Origin: an uncultured Acidobacteriota bacterium
GTDB taxonomy: Bacteria; Actinomycetota; Acidimicrobiia; Spongiisociales; ZC4RG35
Reading direction: 5' to 3'
Assembly: GCA_963828465.1 (NCBI GenBank)
Contig: CAWHEU010000004.1
Span: forward strand, 64,001-128,000
DNA length: 64,000 nt
Below the pieces are notes generated by a model, which was not told where the DNA came from, ran no database searches, and worked only from the letters and a program-made list of their open reading frames with translations. The position numbers were made by a program, and so were the translations under genes. Below, piece by piece: positions 37,442 through 49,023 of the stretch; position 1 is the first letter of the stretch, and each line of letters starts with the position of its first letter.

Positions 37442-40075
37442 TCAGGGCCTATCGGCCGCGAGCTCGGGGGGGTTCTCGAACTCAACGACCAGGTCGTCTT
37501 CGACGAGCTCGACCCTGATGGTGGCGCCATCCTGGATCTCACCACCGATCAGAGCACGGCCGATGCGAGTCTCGAGCTCGTGGGAGATGAAGCGGCGCAA
37601 CGGTCGAGCTCCATAGACCGGGTCGAAGCCCTGCTCGGCGATGAACTTCATTGCGGCGTCGCTCACCTCTAGCTTCGTGTTCCTCTCGGCGAGCCGGTTC
37701 CTCACGTCGTCGAGCATCAGATCGACGACCCTCTCGATCTCCTCCAGTGTCAGTGGCTTGAACAGCACCACATCATCGACCCGATTGAGAAACTCGGGTC
37801 TGAAATGGCGACGTAGTTCGCCGGTGACCATCTCTCTCGCCTCCGGCTTGATCTCGCCCGCCGGCGTGATCCCTTCCAGCAGATATTGGGAACCGATATT
37901 CGAGGTCATGATGATGACCGTGTTCCGGAAATCGACCGTCCTCCCCTGCGCATCTGTGAGCCTCCCGTCGTCGAGCACCTGGAGCAGCGTGTTGAACACG
38001 TCCGCATGGGCCTTCTCGATCTCATCGAAGAGCACCACCGAATAGGGCTTCCTCCGAACCGCTTCGGTGAGCTGCCCGCCCTCCTCGTACCCGACATACC
38101 CCGGAGGCGCCCCGACCAGGCGGCTCACGGTGTGCCGCTCCTGGTATTCGCTCATGTCGATGCGGACCATGTTCTCCTGGCTGTCGAACAGGGCTGAGGC
38201 CAATGCCTTGGCCAGTTCGGTCTTCCCAACTCCGGTAGGACCGAGAAACACGAAGGAGCCGATGGGCCGGCGAGGGTCCTTGATCCCTGAACGGGCACGG
38301 ATGATGGCGTCGGCCACGAGGCCGACCGCCTCGTCCTGACCGACCACCCTCTCGTGGAGGATCGAATCGAGTCGCAGGAGCTTCTCCCGCTCGCCCTCCT
38401 GGAGTCGGCTGACAGGTATGCCTGTCCACCGTGACACGATCCCGGCGATCTCCTCCTCGGTCACGACCTCTCGCAGGAGACGGTGCTGACCCTGTTCGGA
38501 GGCCAGCTTCTCCTCCATCTCTTTCAGCTTGCGTTCCAGGTCGGGAAGGTCCCCATGACGCAGCTGGGCAGCCCGATCGAGGTCGTAGTTCCGCTCGGCC
38601 TCCTCGGTCTCCCGATGCACACGTTCGATCGAGGCGCGAAGCTCCTGCACGTCCCTCAGGATCTGCCGCTCCGACTCCCACTGCCCCCGCATCGCCGCCG
38701 CCTCGGTCTTCAGGTCGGCCAGCTCCCTCCGCAGTTCCTCCAGCCGCTTCTTGCTGGCCGCGTCCTTCTCCTTGCTGAGTGCCGCTTCCTCGATCTCGAG
38801 CCGGGTCACACGCCGGGTGAGCTCGTCGAGCTCGGCGGGCATGGAGTCGATCTCGGTGCGAAGCATGGCGCATGCCTCGTCGACGAGGTCGATCGCCTTG
38901 TCGGGAAGGAATCGGTCAGTGATGTACCGGTGACTGAGGACGGCGGCAGCGACCAGCGCCGAGTCCTGGATCTTCACGCCGTGGAACACCTCGAAGCGCT
39001 CGCGCAGACCGCGGAGGATCGAGATGGCGTCCTCCACAGTTGGCTCGTCGACCAGCACGGTCTGGAAACGCCGCTCGAGCGCCGCATCCTTTTCGATGTG
39101 CCTTCGGTACTCGTCAAGTGTGGTGGCCCCGATCATGTGGAGCTCGCCACGGGCCAGCATCGGCTTGAGCATGTTCCCGGCATCCATCGCCCCCTCGGCC
39201 GCACCGGCGCCGACAACCGTGTGGAGCTCGTCAACGAATAGAAGGATCCGGCCCTCCGCTGCCTTCACCTCGCCGAGGACGGCCTTGAGGCGCTCCTCGA
39301 ATTCACCCCGGTACTTGGCGCCGGCGATCAGAGATCCCATGTCGAGGGCGAACACCGACTTGTCCTTGAGCCCTTCGGGGACATCGCCTCGCATGATGCG
39401 CTGGGCCAGGCCTTCGACAATGGCGGTCTTGCCCACTCCCGGGTCACCGATGAGGACCGGGTTGTTCTTGGTCTTCCTGGACAGGATCTGGATGGCCCGG
39501 CGAATCTCGGTGTCGCGACCGATCACAGGGTCGAGCTTCCCGCTCCGGGCGTCGGCGACCAGGTCCCGGCCGTACTTCTCCAACGACTCGTACGCCGACT
39601 CTGGTGTTGCCGAGGTCACCCGCTGGTTGCCCCGGATGGCCGTCAGTGATTCGAGGAACCGATCCCGTGTGATGCCCTGCTCGGTGAGGGCGCGCTTGGC
39701 GTCGGTGTCCGCCTCACCGAGAAAGGCGATGATGAGATGCTCCACCGACACGTATTCGTCCTTGAGACGCGTCGCCTCCCTCTCTGCCGTGTCAAGGAGC
39801 CTGGCCAGGCGTTGCGTCACCCGGATCTCTCCGGGCGAAACCCCGGACCCACTGACACTCGGGCGCTTGGCGAGATCCGCCTCCGTATGGCCGGCGAGAC
39901 GAGCGGGCTCGCCGCCGGCTTGCGAGATGAGACGAGGCACCAGGCCTTCCGGTTGCGTCAAGAGGGCGAGGAGAAGGTGCTCGCCGTCGACCTCGGTGTG
40001 ACCGAGCCGGACCGCGATCGACTGGGCTTCGGAAAGCGCCTGCTGCGATTTTTCGGTGAGTCGATTCAGATCCAT
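37442..40075 (-). CDS. clpB: ATP-dependent disaggregase ClpB
   Basis: Two Walker A motifs ([16 protein letters not shown]), coiled-coil M domain, GARPLRR. Confidence 0.97.
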   Translation of the reverse strand: MDLNRLTEKSQQALSEAQSIAVRLGHTEVDGEHLLLALLTQPEGLVPRLISQAGGEPARLAGHTEADLAKRPSVSGSGVSPGEIRVTQRLARLLDTAEREATRLKDEYVSVEHLIIAFLGEADTDAKRALTEQGITRDRFLESLTAIRGNQRVTSATPESAYESLEKYGRDLVADARSGKLDPVIGRDTEIRRAIQILSRKTKNNPVLIGDPGVGKTAIVEGLAQRIMRGDVPEGLKDKSVFALDMGSLIAGAKYRGEFEERLKAVLGEVKAAEGRILLFVDELHTVVGAGAAEGAMDAGNMLKPMLARGELHMIGATTLDEYRRHIEKDAALERRFQTVLVDEPTVEDAISILRGLRERFEVFHGVKIQDSALVAAAVLSHRYITDRFLPDKAIDLVDEACAMLRTEIDSMPAELDELTRRVTRLEIEEAALSKEKDAASKKRLEELRRELADLKTEAAAMRGQWESERQILRDVQELRASIERVHRETEEAERNYDLDRAAQLRHGDLPDLERKLKEMEEKLASEQGQHRLLREVVTEEEIAGIVSRWTGIPVSRLQEGEREKLLRLDSILHERVVGQDEAVGLVADAIIRARSGIKDPRRPIGSFVFLGPTGVGKTELAKALASALFDSQENMVRIDMSEYQERHTVSRLVGAPPGYVGYEEGGQLTEAVRRKPYSVVLFDEIEKAHADVFNTLLQVLDDGRLTDAQGRTVDFRNTVIIMTSNIGSQYLLEGITPAGEIKPEAREMVTGELRRHFRPEFLNRVDDVVLFKPLTLEEIERVVDLMLDDVRNRLAERNTKLEVSDAAMKFIAEQGFDPVYGARPLRRFISHELETRIGRALIGGEIQDGATIRVELVEDDLVVEFENPPELAADRP

Positions 40076-40196
40076 GACCAATCCCAATCTATTTCACACC
40101 GCCCTATTTCGTACCCGGCCGCCGGCCGCAGGTAAACCAAGTAGCGCGGTTGTGCGTGTTAGGTGGGTGAACACGATTCAGGAATCGAGGAGACAC

Positions 40197-40715
40197 GTGT
40201 CTTCGACAGAGATCGGTGCGCTCGACGTCGAGCCCTTCGAGAGCTTCTACCGACGTGAATACGCCCGGATGGTGGCAATCGCGCGCGCCCTCATGCGAAC
40301 CGGCTCCTCGGCGGAGGATCTCGCCCAAGAATCGTTCGTGGCCGCCCACCGCAATTGGGATCGGATCTCGGGATACGACGATCCCGGGGCCTGGGTCCGA
40401 AGGGTGCTGATCAATCGAGCAACGTCCCTTCATCGCAAGGCCGGCGCCGAGCTGCGTGCTCTGACCCGGCTCGGGGGCCACGCTGAGGACACGATTCCTG
40501 AGCTGACCCCGCGAGGCCTCGAGGTGTGGGATGAGGTGAGGAAACTCCCGAGACGACAGGCCCAGGCCACGGTATTGCACTACGTCGACCAGCTCTCGAT
40601 CGAGGAGATAGGCGAGGTCATGGGTGTTAGCCCGGGTGCTGTGAAGGCACATCTGCACAAGGCGAGGGCCCACCTCAGCAAGCGTCTGGTGGCATGGGGC
40701 GAGGAGACGATATGA
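40197..40715 (+). CDS. ECF RNA polymerase sigma factor
   Basis: AEDLAQESF..AWVRRV..LPRRQ..EIGEVMG..GAVKAHL; GTG start after GAGGAG. Confidence 0.9.
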   Translation: MSSTEIGALDVEPFESFYRREYARMVAIARALMRTGSSAEDLAQESFVAAHRNWDRISGYDDPGAWVRRVLINRATSLHRKAGAELRALTRLGGHAEDTIPELTPRGLEVWDEVRKLPRRQAQATVLHYVDQLSIEEIGEVMGVSPGAVKAHLHKARAHLSKRLVAWGEETI

Positions 40716-41473
40716 AGCATCTCGACGAATTCGAGCAGAGGATGGAACAGGCCGCTCAGGAGGTGCGCCAGTCCGCCAAGCACGCTGTGCCGCCCCCGCT
40801 GGAAACCGGGGCTCGCCGCACCCTTCCCCGCGGATGGCTGATCTTCGCCGCCGCCTTCGGTGTGGTGATCGTGACTCTCGGTGTGCTCCCGATGATCTCG
40901 ACCCCCGAAGATTCCGGGCCCGCCAGCGAGTCCACGCCCTCGACAACTCCGGCCGTCGCATCGACCACCGTGCCCGAACCGGTCACGACCGTCCCGTCAG
41001 CCGATGCCGGCTGCTCGGCTGCCGGGCTGCCGATGCCTGCGGAGCAGGAGGGTCTGCCGGCGCCGGTCGCCGACGCAAGGCGAGCGATCGCCGCCGCTGC
41101 GATTGCATGCGACTACGAGGCGCTCGAGGCGTTGGCCTCTCCCGATCTCGTCACCAGCTTTGGCGGTGGCGGATTCGAGAACATCCCGATGTGGGAGGAA
41201 GAGGGCACGTATCCGGCGCTCGCCCTGCTTGTGGAGCTGTTCGACACTCCGTATGCCTTCGAGGACTACGAAGACCTGCCGCGTCACTATTACTGGCCGT
41301 CCGCCTTCGTATACGACTCGTGGGAAGAGATCCCCCCCGCCGACATGGAAGCGCTTCTCACGGTCTACACCCAGGAGGAGCTCGACCAGTCCGCCGAATT
41401 CGGCTCTTACGCCCTCTGGCGCATCGGCATCACCGAGACCGGTGAGTGGAGGTTCTTCGTCGCAGGCGACTGA
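40712..41473 (+). CDS. Single-pass membrane protein, putative anti-sigma factor
   Basis: ATGA overlap with the sigma gene, one TM, Pro/Thr linker, C-terminal WRFFVAGD. Confidence 0.6.
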   Translation: MKHLDEFEQRMEQAAQEVRQSAKHAVPPPLETGARRTLPRGWLIFAAAFGVVIVTLGVLPMISTPEDSGPASESTPSTTPAVASTTVPEPVTTVPSADAGCSAAGLPMPAEQEGLPAPVADARRAIAAAAIACDYEALEALASPDLVTSFGGGGFENIPMWEEEGTYPALALLVELFDTPYAFEDYEDLPRHYYWPSAFVYDSWEEIPPADMEALLTVYTQEELDQSAEFGSYALWRIGITETGEWRFFVAGD

Positions 41474-41488
41474 GGGTCGGCTGGTAAC

Positions 41489-42151
41489 TTGCCGCCGGTG
41501 AATTGGGGACGCGTCTTCTTCGGCCTGCTGGTGGTGGCGGTTGGCGTCATCCTCCTGCTCGACAACGCAGGGATCCTCGATTCGTGGGAGATCTTCAGCA
41601 CCTGGTGGCCGGCGGTTCTGATCCTCGCCGGTGTTCTCACCTTCGCCGCCAACCCGAGGCACTGGCCTGTTGCCCTGATCATCACCGGAGTCGGAGCCGC
41701 CTTCTTGCTTTCCAATCTCGGCATCGTTGACATCGGTGATTTCATCATTCCGGCCGCCATCATCCTGGTCGGACTCCTCGTGCTCTTCGGACGTGGCCTT
41801 GGGGCGAGAACCGAGGCCGGCGATCGGGTCAACAGTTTCAACGTCTTCTCCGGCAGCGAGATCGCATCGCACTCGAAGCAGTTCCAGGGTGGGAGCATCT
41901 CCGCGGTGTTCGGCGGAGCGGAGGTGGATCTCCGGGACACGTTGCCCGCGCCCGACGCACGTTTGGACGTGTTCGCTGCGTTCGGTGGGGTGGAGGTAAC
42001 CGTGCCCGAGGGCTGGAATGTCGTGATCCGTGGCCTGCCTCTATTCGGGGGCATCGAAAACGCGACCGCCAAGGAGGCAGTCCCGGCGGACGCTCCCACG
42101 CTGGCGGTCAGCGCCACCGTCCTGTTCGGCGGGCTCGAAATCAAGCATTGA
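41489..42151 (+). CDS. LiaF-like membrane protein
   Basis: Four TM with WWPAVLI, C-terminal FGG repeats. Confidence 0.75.
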   Translation: MPPVNWGRVFFGLLVVAVGVILLLDNAGILDSWEIFSTWWPAVLILAGVLTFAANPRHWPVALIITGVGAAFLLSNLGIVDIGDFIIPAAIILVGLLVLFGRGLGARTEAGDRVNSFNVFSGSEIASHSKQFQGGSISAVFGGAEVDLRDTLPAPDARLDVFAAFGGVEVTVPEGWNVVIRGLPLFGGIENATAKEAVPADAPTLAVSATVLFGGLEIKH

Positions 42152-43233
42152 CCGCCCGACTCAGCAGACGGGCCCTCAACCGGACCACGCTGGGACGCCA
42201 GCTGTTGCTCGAGCGGGCGAAGCACACACCGGGCGACGCGATGGAGCTCCTGGTGGGGATGCAGGCTCAAAATCCGCAGGACCCCTACTACGCACTGTGG
42301 TCCCGGCTCGAGGAGTTCGCCCCCGAGGACCTCTCCGGCATGATCGAGCGCCGCGAAGCGCTTCGCGGCGCTCTCCTGCGAGCCACTCTGCACATCTCCA
42401 CGACCCCCGACTTCATGTTTCTGCGCTCACACCTCCAGGAGACCCTGGCAGCCGTCCTTGGATCCACCTCATTCGCCAAAGACACCGCAGGCATGGACCG
42501 GAAAATGCTTCTCGACCGGGGCCGGTCGTTGCTGGAGGAGCGTCCGATGACCCGTGCCGATCTGGCACGGGCACTCGAAGAAAGGTGGCCCGGGATCCCA
42601 GGAAACTCGATGGCCCAGGTCGTCACCTACCTGCTGCCGGTGATCCAGGTACCACCACGGGGGTTGTGGGGTCGATCCGGCGCCGCCACTTGGACAACTC
42701 TCGAGAGCTGGGTCGGTAGCGGCTTGCCCGACGTGAGTGATCTCGAGAAGATCGTCATGCGGTACCTGGCCGTGTTCGGGCCGGCCACGATCTCAGACAT
42801 GAGGGTGTGGTCGAGACTCAATGGTCTACGCCAGGTGGTCGACGGGATGCGCGATCGTCTTCGATCCCTTCAAGGCGAGGACGGCTCCGAGCTGCTCGAT
42901 CACCCCAATGCCCCCATCCTCGATGAAGACACCCCTGCTCCGCCCCGATTCCTTCCCGAGTACGACAACGTCCTCCTCGGGCATTCCGATCGCTCCCGAT
43001 TCTTCACTCCCGGGATCGTGCCGCCGGGCTGGGCGGGCAACCTCCTGGTCGACGGGGTGTTCAGTGGATGGTGGAAGATCGGCCGGGACGGCAAGAAATC
43101 GCAGCTGGAGGTTCATCTCCAGCGCGACGTCTCTCCCGTCGAAGTGAGGGCCGTCGGGGAGGAAGCGGAGCGCTTGCATCCCTTCGCTGCGCCCGATGCC
43201 GCCCTTCGTGAGATCCTCGTCCGCGAGTACTGA
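42148..43233 (+). CDS. AlkZ/YcaQ (HTH_42) family DNA glycosylase
   Basis: LNRTTLGRQLLL, GMQAQ, RATLH, RYLAVFGPAT, RFLPEYDNVLLGH. Confidence 0.85.
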   Translation: MTARLSRRALNRTTLGRQLLLERAKHTPGDAMELLVGMQAQNPQDPYYALWSRLEEFAPEDLSGMIERREALRGALLRATLHISTTPDFMFLRSHLQETLAAVLGSTSFAKDTAGMDRKMLLDRGRSLLEERPMTRADLARALEERWPGIPGNSMAQVVTYLLPVIQVPPRGLWGRSGAATWTTLESWVGSGLPDVSDLEKIVMRYLAVFGPATISDMRVWSRLNGLRQVVDGMRDRLRSLQGEDGSELLDHPNAPILDEDTPAPPRFLPEYDNVLLGHSDRSRFFTPGIVPPGWAGNLLVDGVFSGWWKIGRDGKKSQLEVHLQRDVSPVEVRAVGEEAERLHPFAAPDAALREILVREY

Positions 43234-43377
43234 CTCGTCATTCAACCCGCTGGACAAATGCGAGGACGTGTGCCAAGGTTGGGCTCTGAAGGGCCCGAAG
43301 GGCGGCGAAAGTCGTTCATCGGGCTCTTCTCTAATCCACGGATTCTGATCCGTGGCCGCGGGAAGAAGGGACACGAG

Positions 43378-43839
43378 ATGACATCGACAGGTGAGCCACC
43401 TCGTCTGACCCAAGAGGGCCGTGTGCTCCTCGAGGAGCGCGCCCGTCGTCTCGAAGAGGAAACGATCCCTGCTCTCGTCGAGGCGATCGAAGAAGAAGAC
43501 GATGAGATGGCGCCCAGACTCGAGCAAGACCTCGCTCTTCGTGAGCTGGAGCAACTGAAGTACGTCCTTGCCACCGCCGGCAATATCTACGACATCCCCG
43601 AGGATCCCGGGATAGTCCAGATCGGTGACCGGGTGACGATCCGACTCGATGACGGGGAAGAGGTCCGCCACCTGATCGTGGACCCTGCCGAGGCCGGTCT
43701 CGACACCATTCGAATCTCATCCGACTCACCCCTTGCCACAGGAATCCTCGGCCATGGGGTTGGGGAGGAAGTGACCATCGAAGCGCCCAGCGGGCCCTAC
43801 ACCGCCACCATCGTCGAATCGGCGCGCGCCGGCGACTGA
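43378..43839 (+). CDS. GreA/GreB C-terminal domain protein
   Basis: LTQEG..VQIGDRV..ISSDSPLATGILG..APSG. Confidence 0.8.
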   Translation: MTSTGEPPRLTQEGRVLLEERARRLEEETIPALVEAIEEEDDEMAPRLEQDLALRELEQLKYVLATAGNIYDIPEDPGIVQIGDRVTIRLDDGEEVRHLIVDPAEAGLDTIRISSDSPLATGILGHGVGEEVTIEAPSGPYTATIVESARAGD

Positions 43840-43866
43840 GAGAGTCTCAGGCTAAGAAGGGGTGGG

Positions 43867-45246
43867 TCAGGGCGCTGCCAGGCTGTCCGCCACCCACGAC
43901 GAGATCTCATCCACAGTCCGGACACCGCGTTCCCAAGATGACCACCCGTTGGTCAGGACCGCGATCACGTATCCCCCCTGGCGCCCCGGCCGGGCGACGT
44001 AGCCCACCGAATTGGCCACCCCGCCTGCGAAGCCGTTCTTCTGGCCGACCGTCCAACCCTCCGGAACTCCACGGGTGATGCCCCATGTCTGCCCGGACAC
44101 CACCGAGGTCATGAGGTCCCAGGCGATTTCACGGTCCGCTCTCTCGAGCGGGCCCCAGTCGCCGAGGATGACCTGGCGAACGAGATCCCCCTGGTCCTTC
44201 GCCGAGGTGGTGGTCAGGCCCCAGGCGGCACCATCGTCACCCACGGTCGTGGTCTGGGCGAGTTCGAAGATCCTGGCCTGCCGGGAATACCAGGGCGATC
44301 CCCCATATCTGCTCCACAGTGCCCTCACCGGCCCGTCGGCAGAACGCGTGATCATGGGTCGCAGTTGGCCCAGTTCCCATGACGTGATGGCGCGCCCGTT
44401 GGATCGAGCCTCCAACAATGTGCCCGCCATGACCATGACCTTGAATACCGAGGCCGTCCGCAGCCTCTCTTCCGGATTCATCCAGTAGGCACATCCCGTT
44501 CTCGTGTCGTAGGCATATGCAGCGAACGCCTGGCCCGGATACCGCGCGGAAAGAGACTGTGCTCGGGCCTCGGTGAACGGGTCTGGAGGACATGGGTCCA
44601 AACCCAGTGCCGTCACCACCACTCTGGCGAACTCGGCGCGAGTCACCGGCGACCTGCCCCCGAACAGGCCGTTGCTCGAGTCCCACAGGCCGTGGTAGGC
44701 GGCAATTCGAGCTGCCCGGTGATAAAACCGCGTAGCCGTGTCCGTCCAAGGGGAGCGAAACGACTCGGGGGCATTCAGAGCCAAGGTGTTGACCAGCATC
44801 TTGGCGATCTGGCCGCGTTGAAGAGGCTCCGACGGGCAGATGTGCCGGTTGACCGGTGGGTCGCATCCACTGATCACACCGGCGTGTGCCAGCAGATTCG
44901 CCAGGCCCGAGGCGGCTCCGCCCCAGATTGGATCATCGTCGACGAAGTAGTCGTGAGCGATCGAGGGATACGTCGGAAGTGACCCAGCGTGGTGGCCAAC
45001 GCCAACGAGGATCTTGACCGCCTCGATCCGGTTGAGGACACGATCCGGGCAAATCCTGGTATTGGCTGGTGGGTTGCACCCATGAACGATGCCGTTTTCG
45101 GCCAGCCACTCGAGATATGGCTCACCCGGGTGCCCGTCGTCATCTGTGAACGGGCCGAGATCCGAAACCTGAGCGTCCGCCACGTCGGGGAGCATCCAGA
45201 CACACATCGACACCAGAAGTCCAGCAGCGACGATTCGGAGACTCAC
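43867..45246 (-). CDS. SLH-type surface protein fused to a class A beta-lactamase-like serine hydrolase
   Basis: GCNPPAN..CP repeats; SxxK (ASVFK), SAD, KNG motifs. Confidence 0.78.
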   Translation of the reverse strand: MSLRIVAAGLLVSMCVWMLPDVADAQVSDLGPFTDDDGHPGEPYLEWLAENGIVHGCNPPANTRICPDRVLNRIEAVKILVGVGHHAGSLPTYPSIAHDYFVDDDPIWGGAASGLANLLAHAGVISGCDPPVNRHICPSEPLQRGQIAKMLVNTLALNAPESFRSPWTDTATRFYHRAARIAAYHGLWDSSNGLFGGRSPVTRAEFARVVVTALGLDPCPPDPFTEARAQSLSARYPGQAFAAYAYDTRTGCAYWMNPEERLRTASVFKVMVMAGTLLEARSNGRAITSWELGQLRPMITRSADGPVRALWSRYGGSPWYSRQARIFELAQTTTVGDDGAAWGLTTTSAKDQGDLVRQVILGDWGPLERADREIAWDLMTSVVSGQTWGITRGVPEGWTVGQKNGFAGGVANSVGYVARPGRQGGYVIAVLTNGWSSWERGVRTVDEISSWVADSLAAP

Positions 45247-45368
45247 AGACAACTTCCCTTGATTGTGCCAGCGCGGTGGAACGGACCCGCAACCCGTATC
45301 TTTGCTCCCGGCATGCAACACAAATAGTGTTCCTGAGTTCTCGACGGGAGTGGAAGTGGAGGTTGACC

Positions 45369-46706
45369 GTGCCGGATGAGTTCTTTGCCGATGTCCCCGG
45401 GCCGATCGGGTTCGGAGGGCTCGACTCCGACGACGCACTCACCTTCCACGTCTACGAGCCCGACCGTGTGGTCCTTGGTAAGCGGATGGAGGATCACCTC
45501 CGGATAGCCGTCTGTTATTGGCACTCGTTCAATTGGCCCGGCAGCGATGTGTTCGGTGCCGGCACCCTCGATCGACCCTGGCTCAGTGGGCAGGGGGACC
45601 CGATGGACGCCGCCCGGCAGAAGATGGACGCGGCATTCGAGTTCTTCTCAAAGATGGGCACTCCCTTCTTCTGCTTCCACGACGTGGACATCGCTCCAGA
45701 GGCCGACACATTTGCCGGGTCGGCCGCCAACCTCGAGGTCATGGTGGATTACGCCGAGAAGAAGATGGCCGACACCGGGGTGCGTCTCCTGTGGGGAACG
45801 GCCAATTTGTTCTCCCACCCCCGCTACGCGGCCGGGGCTTCGACAAACCCCGACCCCGAGGTTTTCGCCTACGCCGCGGCCCAGGTGAAACACGCTCTGG
45901 AGGCGACCCTTCGCCTCGACGGCGCCAACTATGTCCTGTGGGGAGGCCGGGAGGGTTACGAGACGCTGCTCAACACGGATTTGAAGCGGGAGGGTGAGCA
46001 ATTCGCCCGGTTCCTGACCATGGTGGCCGAGCACAAGCACAAGATCGGCTTCACCGGCACCCTTCTCATCGAGCCAAAACCAGCCGAGCCGACCAAGCAC
46101 CAGTACGACTACGACAGCCAGTCCGTGCACGGGTTCCTGGAGCGCTACGACCTGGTCGACGAGTACAAGGTCAACATCGAGGGAAACCACGCCACGCTTG
46201 CCGGGCACTCGTTCCATCACGAGGTCGCCTACGCAGTGGCGAACGGGATCTTCGGGTCGATCGACGCCAATCGGGGCGACTATCAGAACGGCTGGGACAC
46301 CGACCAGTTCCCCAACTCGGTCGACGAGTTGTCACTCGCCATTTACGAGGTCCTGCGAGGTGGTGGATTCACCACCGGGGGCTTCAACTTCGACACCAAG
46401 TTGCGCCGCCAGTCGATGGACCGGACCGATCTGTTCCACGGTCACATCGGCGGGATCGACACGGTGGCCCGGGCACTCCTGGTGGCGGCCGACATGATCG
46501 AGTCGGAGACGCTCTCGGGCCCCCTCGAGAAGCGGTACGAAGGGTGGTCGGCCGATCTCGGCTCGTCGATCCTGGCGGGTGAGGAAACGCTCGAGTCACT
46601 CGAGGCGAGGGTGGCAGCCGGAGAAATCGACCCGTCACCTGTGTCCGGCAACCAGGAGCTCCTCGAGAATCGGGTCAATAGGGTCATCTGGTCCTCGGGG
46701 CGCTGA
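45369..46706 (+). CDS. xylA: Xylose isomerase (class II)
   Basis: VCYWHSF, FHDVD, WGGREG, IEPKP, GWDTDQF. Confidence 0.97.
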   Translation: MPDEFFADVPGPIGFGGLDSDDALTFHVYEPDRVVLGKRMEDHLRIAVCYWHSFNWPGSDVFGAGTLDRPWLSGQGDPMDAARQKMDAAFEFFSKMGTPFFCFHDVDIAPEADTFAGSAANLEVMVDYAEKKMADTGVRLLWGTANLFSHPRYAAGASTNPDPEVFAYAAAQVKHALEATLRLDGANYVLWGGREGYETLLNTDLKREGEQFARFLTMVAEHKHKIGFTGTLLIEPKPAEPTKHQYDYDSQSVHGFLERYDLVDEYKVNIEGNHATLAGHSFHHEVAYAVANGIFGSIDANRGDYQNGWDTDQFPNSVDELSLAIYEVLRGGGFTTGGFNFDTKLRRQSMDRTDLFHGHIGGIDTVARALLVAADMIESETLSGPLEKRYEGWSADLGSSILAGEETLESLEARVAAGEIDPSPVSGNQELLENRVNRVIWSSGR

Positions 46707-46762
46707 TAGTCGGTGCCCGAGGACGTCGTCGAGACGGCATTGAACCGGCTATCTGGTGACCC

Positions 46763-48249
46763 ATGAGCCTCGTCCTCGGAATCGATACCTCTACCACCGC
46801 CACCAAGGCGATCCTGGTCGACCGATCGGGAGTGGTGAAGGGTGTCGCCACGGCCACCTACGAATACGAGACACCCCAACCGCTCTGGTCTGAGCAAAGC
46901 CCCGAATCTTGGTGGGAGGGCACTGCATCCTCGATTCGAGATGTGATGGAGGCGACCAATGCCTCACCCGGCGATATCGAGGCGGTCGGGCTCACCGGGC
47001 AGATGCACGGCTCGGTGCTCCTCGACGGAGTAGGCGCCGTGGTGAGACCCGCCATCCTCTGGAACGACCAGAGGACTGGACCCCAGTGCGACGAGATCCG
47101 GCGTCGGATCGGGAAGCGGCGGCTGATCGAGATCACGGGCAACGACGCCCTGACCGGGTTCACCGCCCCGAAATTGTTGTGGGTGCAGGAGCACGAGCCC
47201 GAGAACTGGGCACGGGTGCGTCATGTGCTCCTCCCCAAGGATTACGTGCGCTTCCGCCTCACCGACGAATACGCGGTCGATGTCGCCGACGGGTCGGGGA
47301 CGATCCTGTTCGACCTCAAATCGAGGACATGGTCACCCGAGGTGATCGAAGCCCTCGGCATCGCGGCAGACCTCCTTCCCTCCGCTCACGAGGGACCCGA
47401 CGTCACCGGGACGGTGAGCGGCGACGGATCCGAAGCCACGGGACTGCTGGCAGGCACGCCAGTCGTGGCCGGCGGGGGCGACCAATCCGCCAATGCCGTC
47501 GGAGTCGGGGCAATCGCACCGGGGGTGGTGGCTCTCTCTCTCGGGACTTCGGGCGTGGTGTTTGCCACAACAGATGGCCCTGCAGTCGAGCCTGAAGGAC
47601 GGGTCCATGCCTTTTGCCATGCCGTTCCCCGTCGCTGGCACATGATGGGCGTCATGCTGTCGGCTGCCGGCAGTCTCCGATGGCTGCGGGACGCCGTCGC
47701 GCCCAACAGCTCGTTCGACGACCTTGTCGCAGGGGCGGCCGAAGTCCCCCCGGGAGCGACGGTCTGCTCTTCCTCCCCTACCTCACCGGTGAGCGCACTC
47801 CTCACCCGGATCCACTGGCCCGGGGCGCATTCGTCGGGCTCACGGTGCGTCACGACCTGCGCCACATGACCCGTGCCGTGATGGAGGGTGTCGCCTTCGG
47901 GTTGCGGGACGGCCTCGATCTGATGGTCGATGCCGGGATGGCCGCTCCCTCGCAGATCCGTGCGTCAGGAGGAGGGATCCGAAGTGCCCTGTGGCGCCAG
48001 GTCCTGGCCGACGTGCTCGACGCCGAGATCGCCCAGGTGGGCACCGAGGAAGGGGCCGCCTACGGCGCTTCTCTGTTGGCGGCCGTCGGGACGGGGTGGT
48101 TCGACACCGTCGATCAGGCGGCAGGCAATGTCATCGAGGTGAAGCCGGTGGCCACACCTTCATCGGCCGGCGAGGTCTACGACACGGCACATGCTCGTTT
48201 CGCAGATCTGTACCCGGCGCTCACCCCCACTTTTCACGCCACTGTCTGA
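46763..48249 (+). CDS. xylB: Xylulokinase, frameshift in a C/G run near 47750
   Basis: LGID..TGQMHG..WNDQRT..GGGDQ, continuing in another frame as [19 protein letters not shown]. Confidence 0.9.
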
Positions 48250-49023
48250 CGAGCTCAGCCAATCCCCCGGGTCCGGTATTCGGCAGAGACCAGATCGGTT
48301 AGCTCCTTCACCGAGGTCTCTCCCACCGGGGTGTCGAAGGTGATCCGGCCGTGCTGGACCAGGTTGACCCGATCGCACATCTCGACGACCTGGGCGAAGT
48401 TGTGGGCGATCAGGATGATCGGATACATCGCCTCTCTGTCTCAGCTCCTTGATCAGGTCGATGATGATGGCGCTCTCCTTGGCGCCCATCGCCGCCAGCG
48501 GCTCGTCGAGCAGAATCACCTTGGCGTCGGAGTAGACGGCCCGGGCGATCGCCACCGCCTGGCGCTGGCCCCCGGAGAGGAACCCCACCTCGGTGTCGAC
48601 CGACGGAATGCGGACCCCCATGTCGGCGAGACGTGTCTTGGCCAGGTCTCTCATCTCTTTCTTGTCGAGGAATGGGATCGGGCGATGCACCGACTCCTTG
48701 TTCAGACTCATGTTGGCGTACACCGGGAGCTGATTGACGAGGGCGAGGTCCTGGTAGACGGTCTCTATTCCCAGCTCACGGGCGTGCGAGACGGAGCGCA
48801 GCCTCACCTCTTCCCCGTCGATGAAGATCTGCCCCTGGTCGGGCTGGGTGAACCCGGTGAGAATCTTGATCAACGTCGACTTACCGGCGCCGTTGTCTCC
48901 GATCAGCCCCAGCACCTCGCCTTTGGCCAGGTGGATGTCGATGTCACGAAGAGCAACGACGGGCCCGTACGTCTTCCCGATCCCCTCGGCCCTGATCGCT
49001 TCACCGTTGGATCCAGAGCTCAT
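48221..49023 (-). CDS. Sugar ABC ATP-binding protein, frameshift near 48420
   Basis: [20 protein letters not shown], then IILIAHN in the alternate frame. Confidence 0.85.

Noticed and set aside
40076-40196. HspR (HAIR) or CIRCE operator upstream of clpB
   Set aside because: No CTTGAGT-N7-ACTCAAG or TTAGCACTC-like inverted repeat seen.
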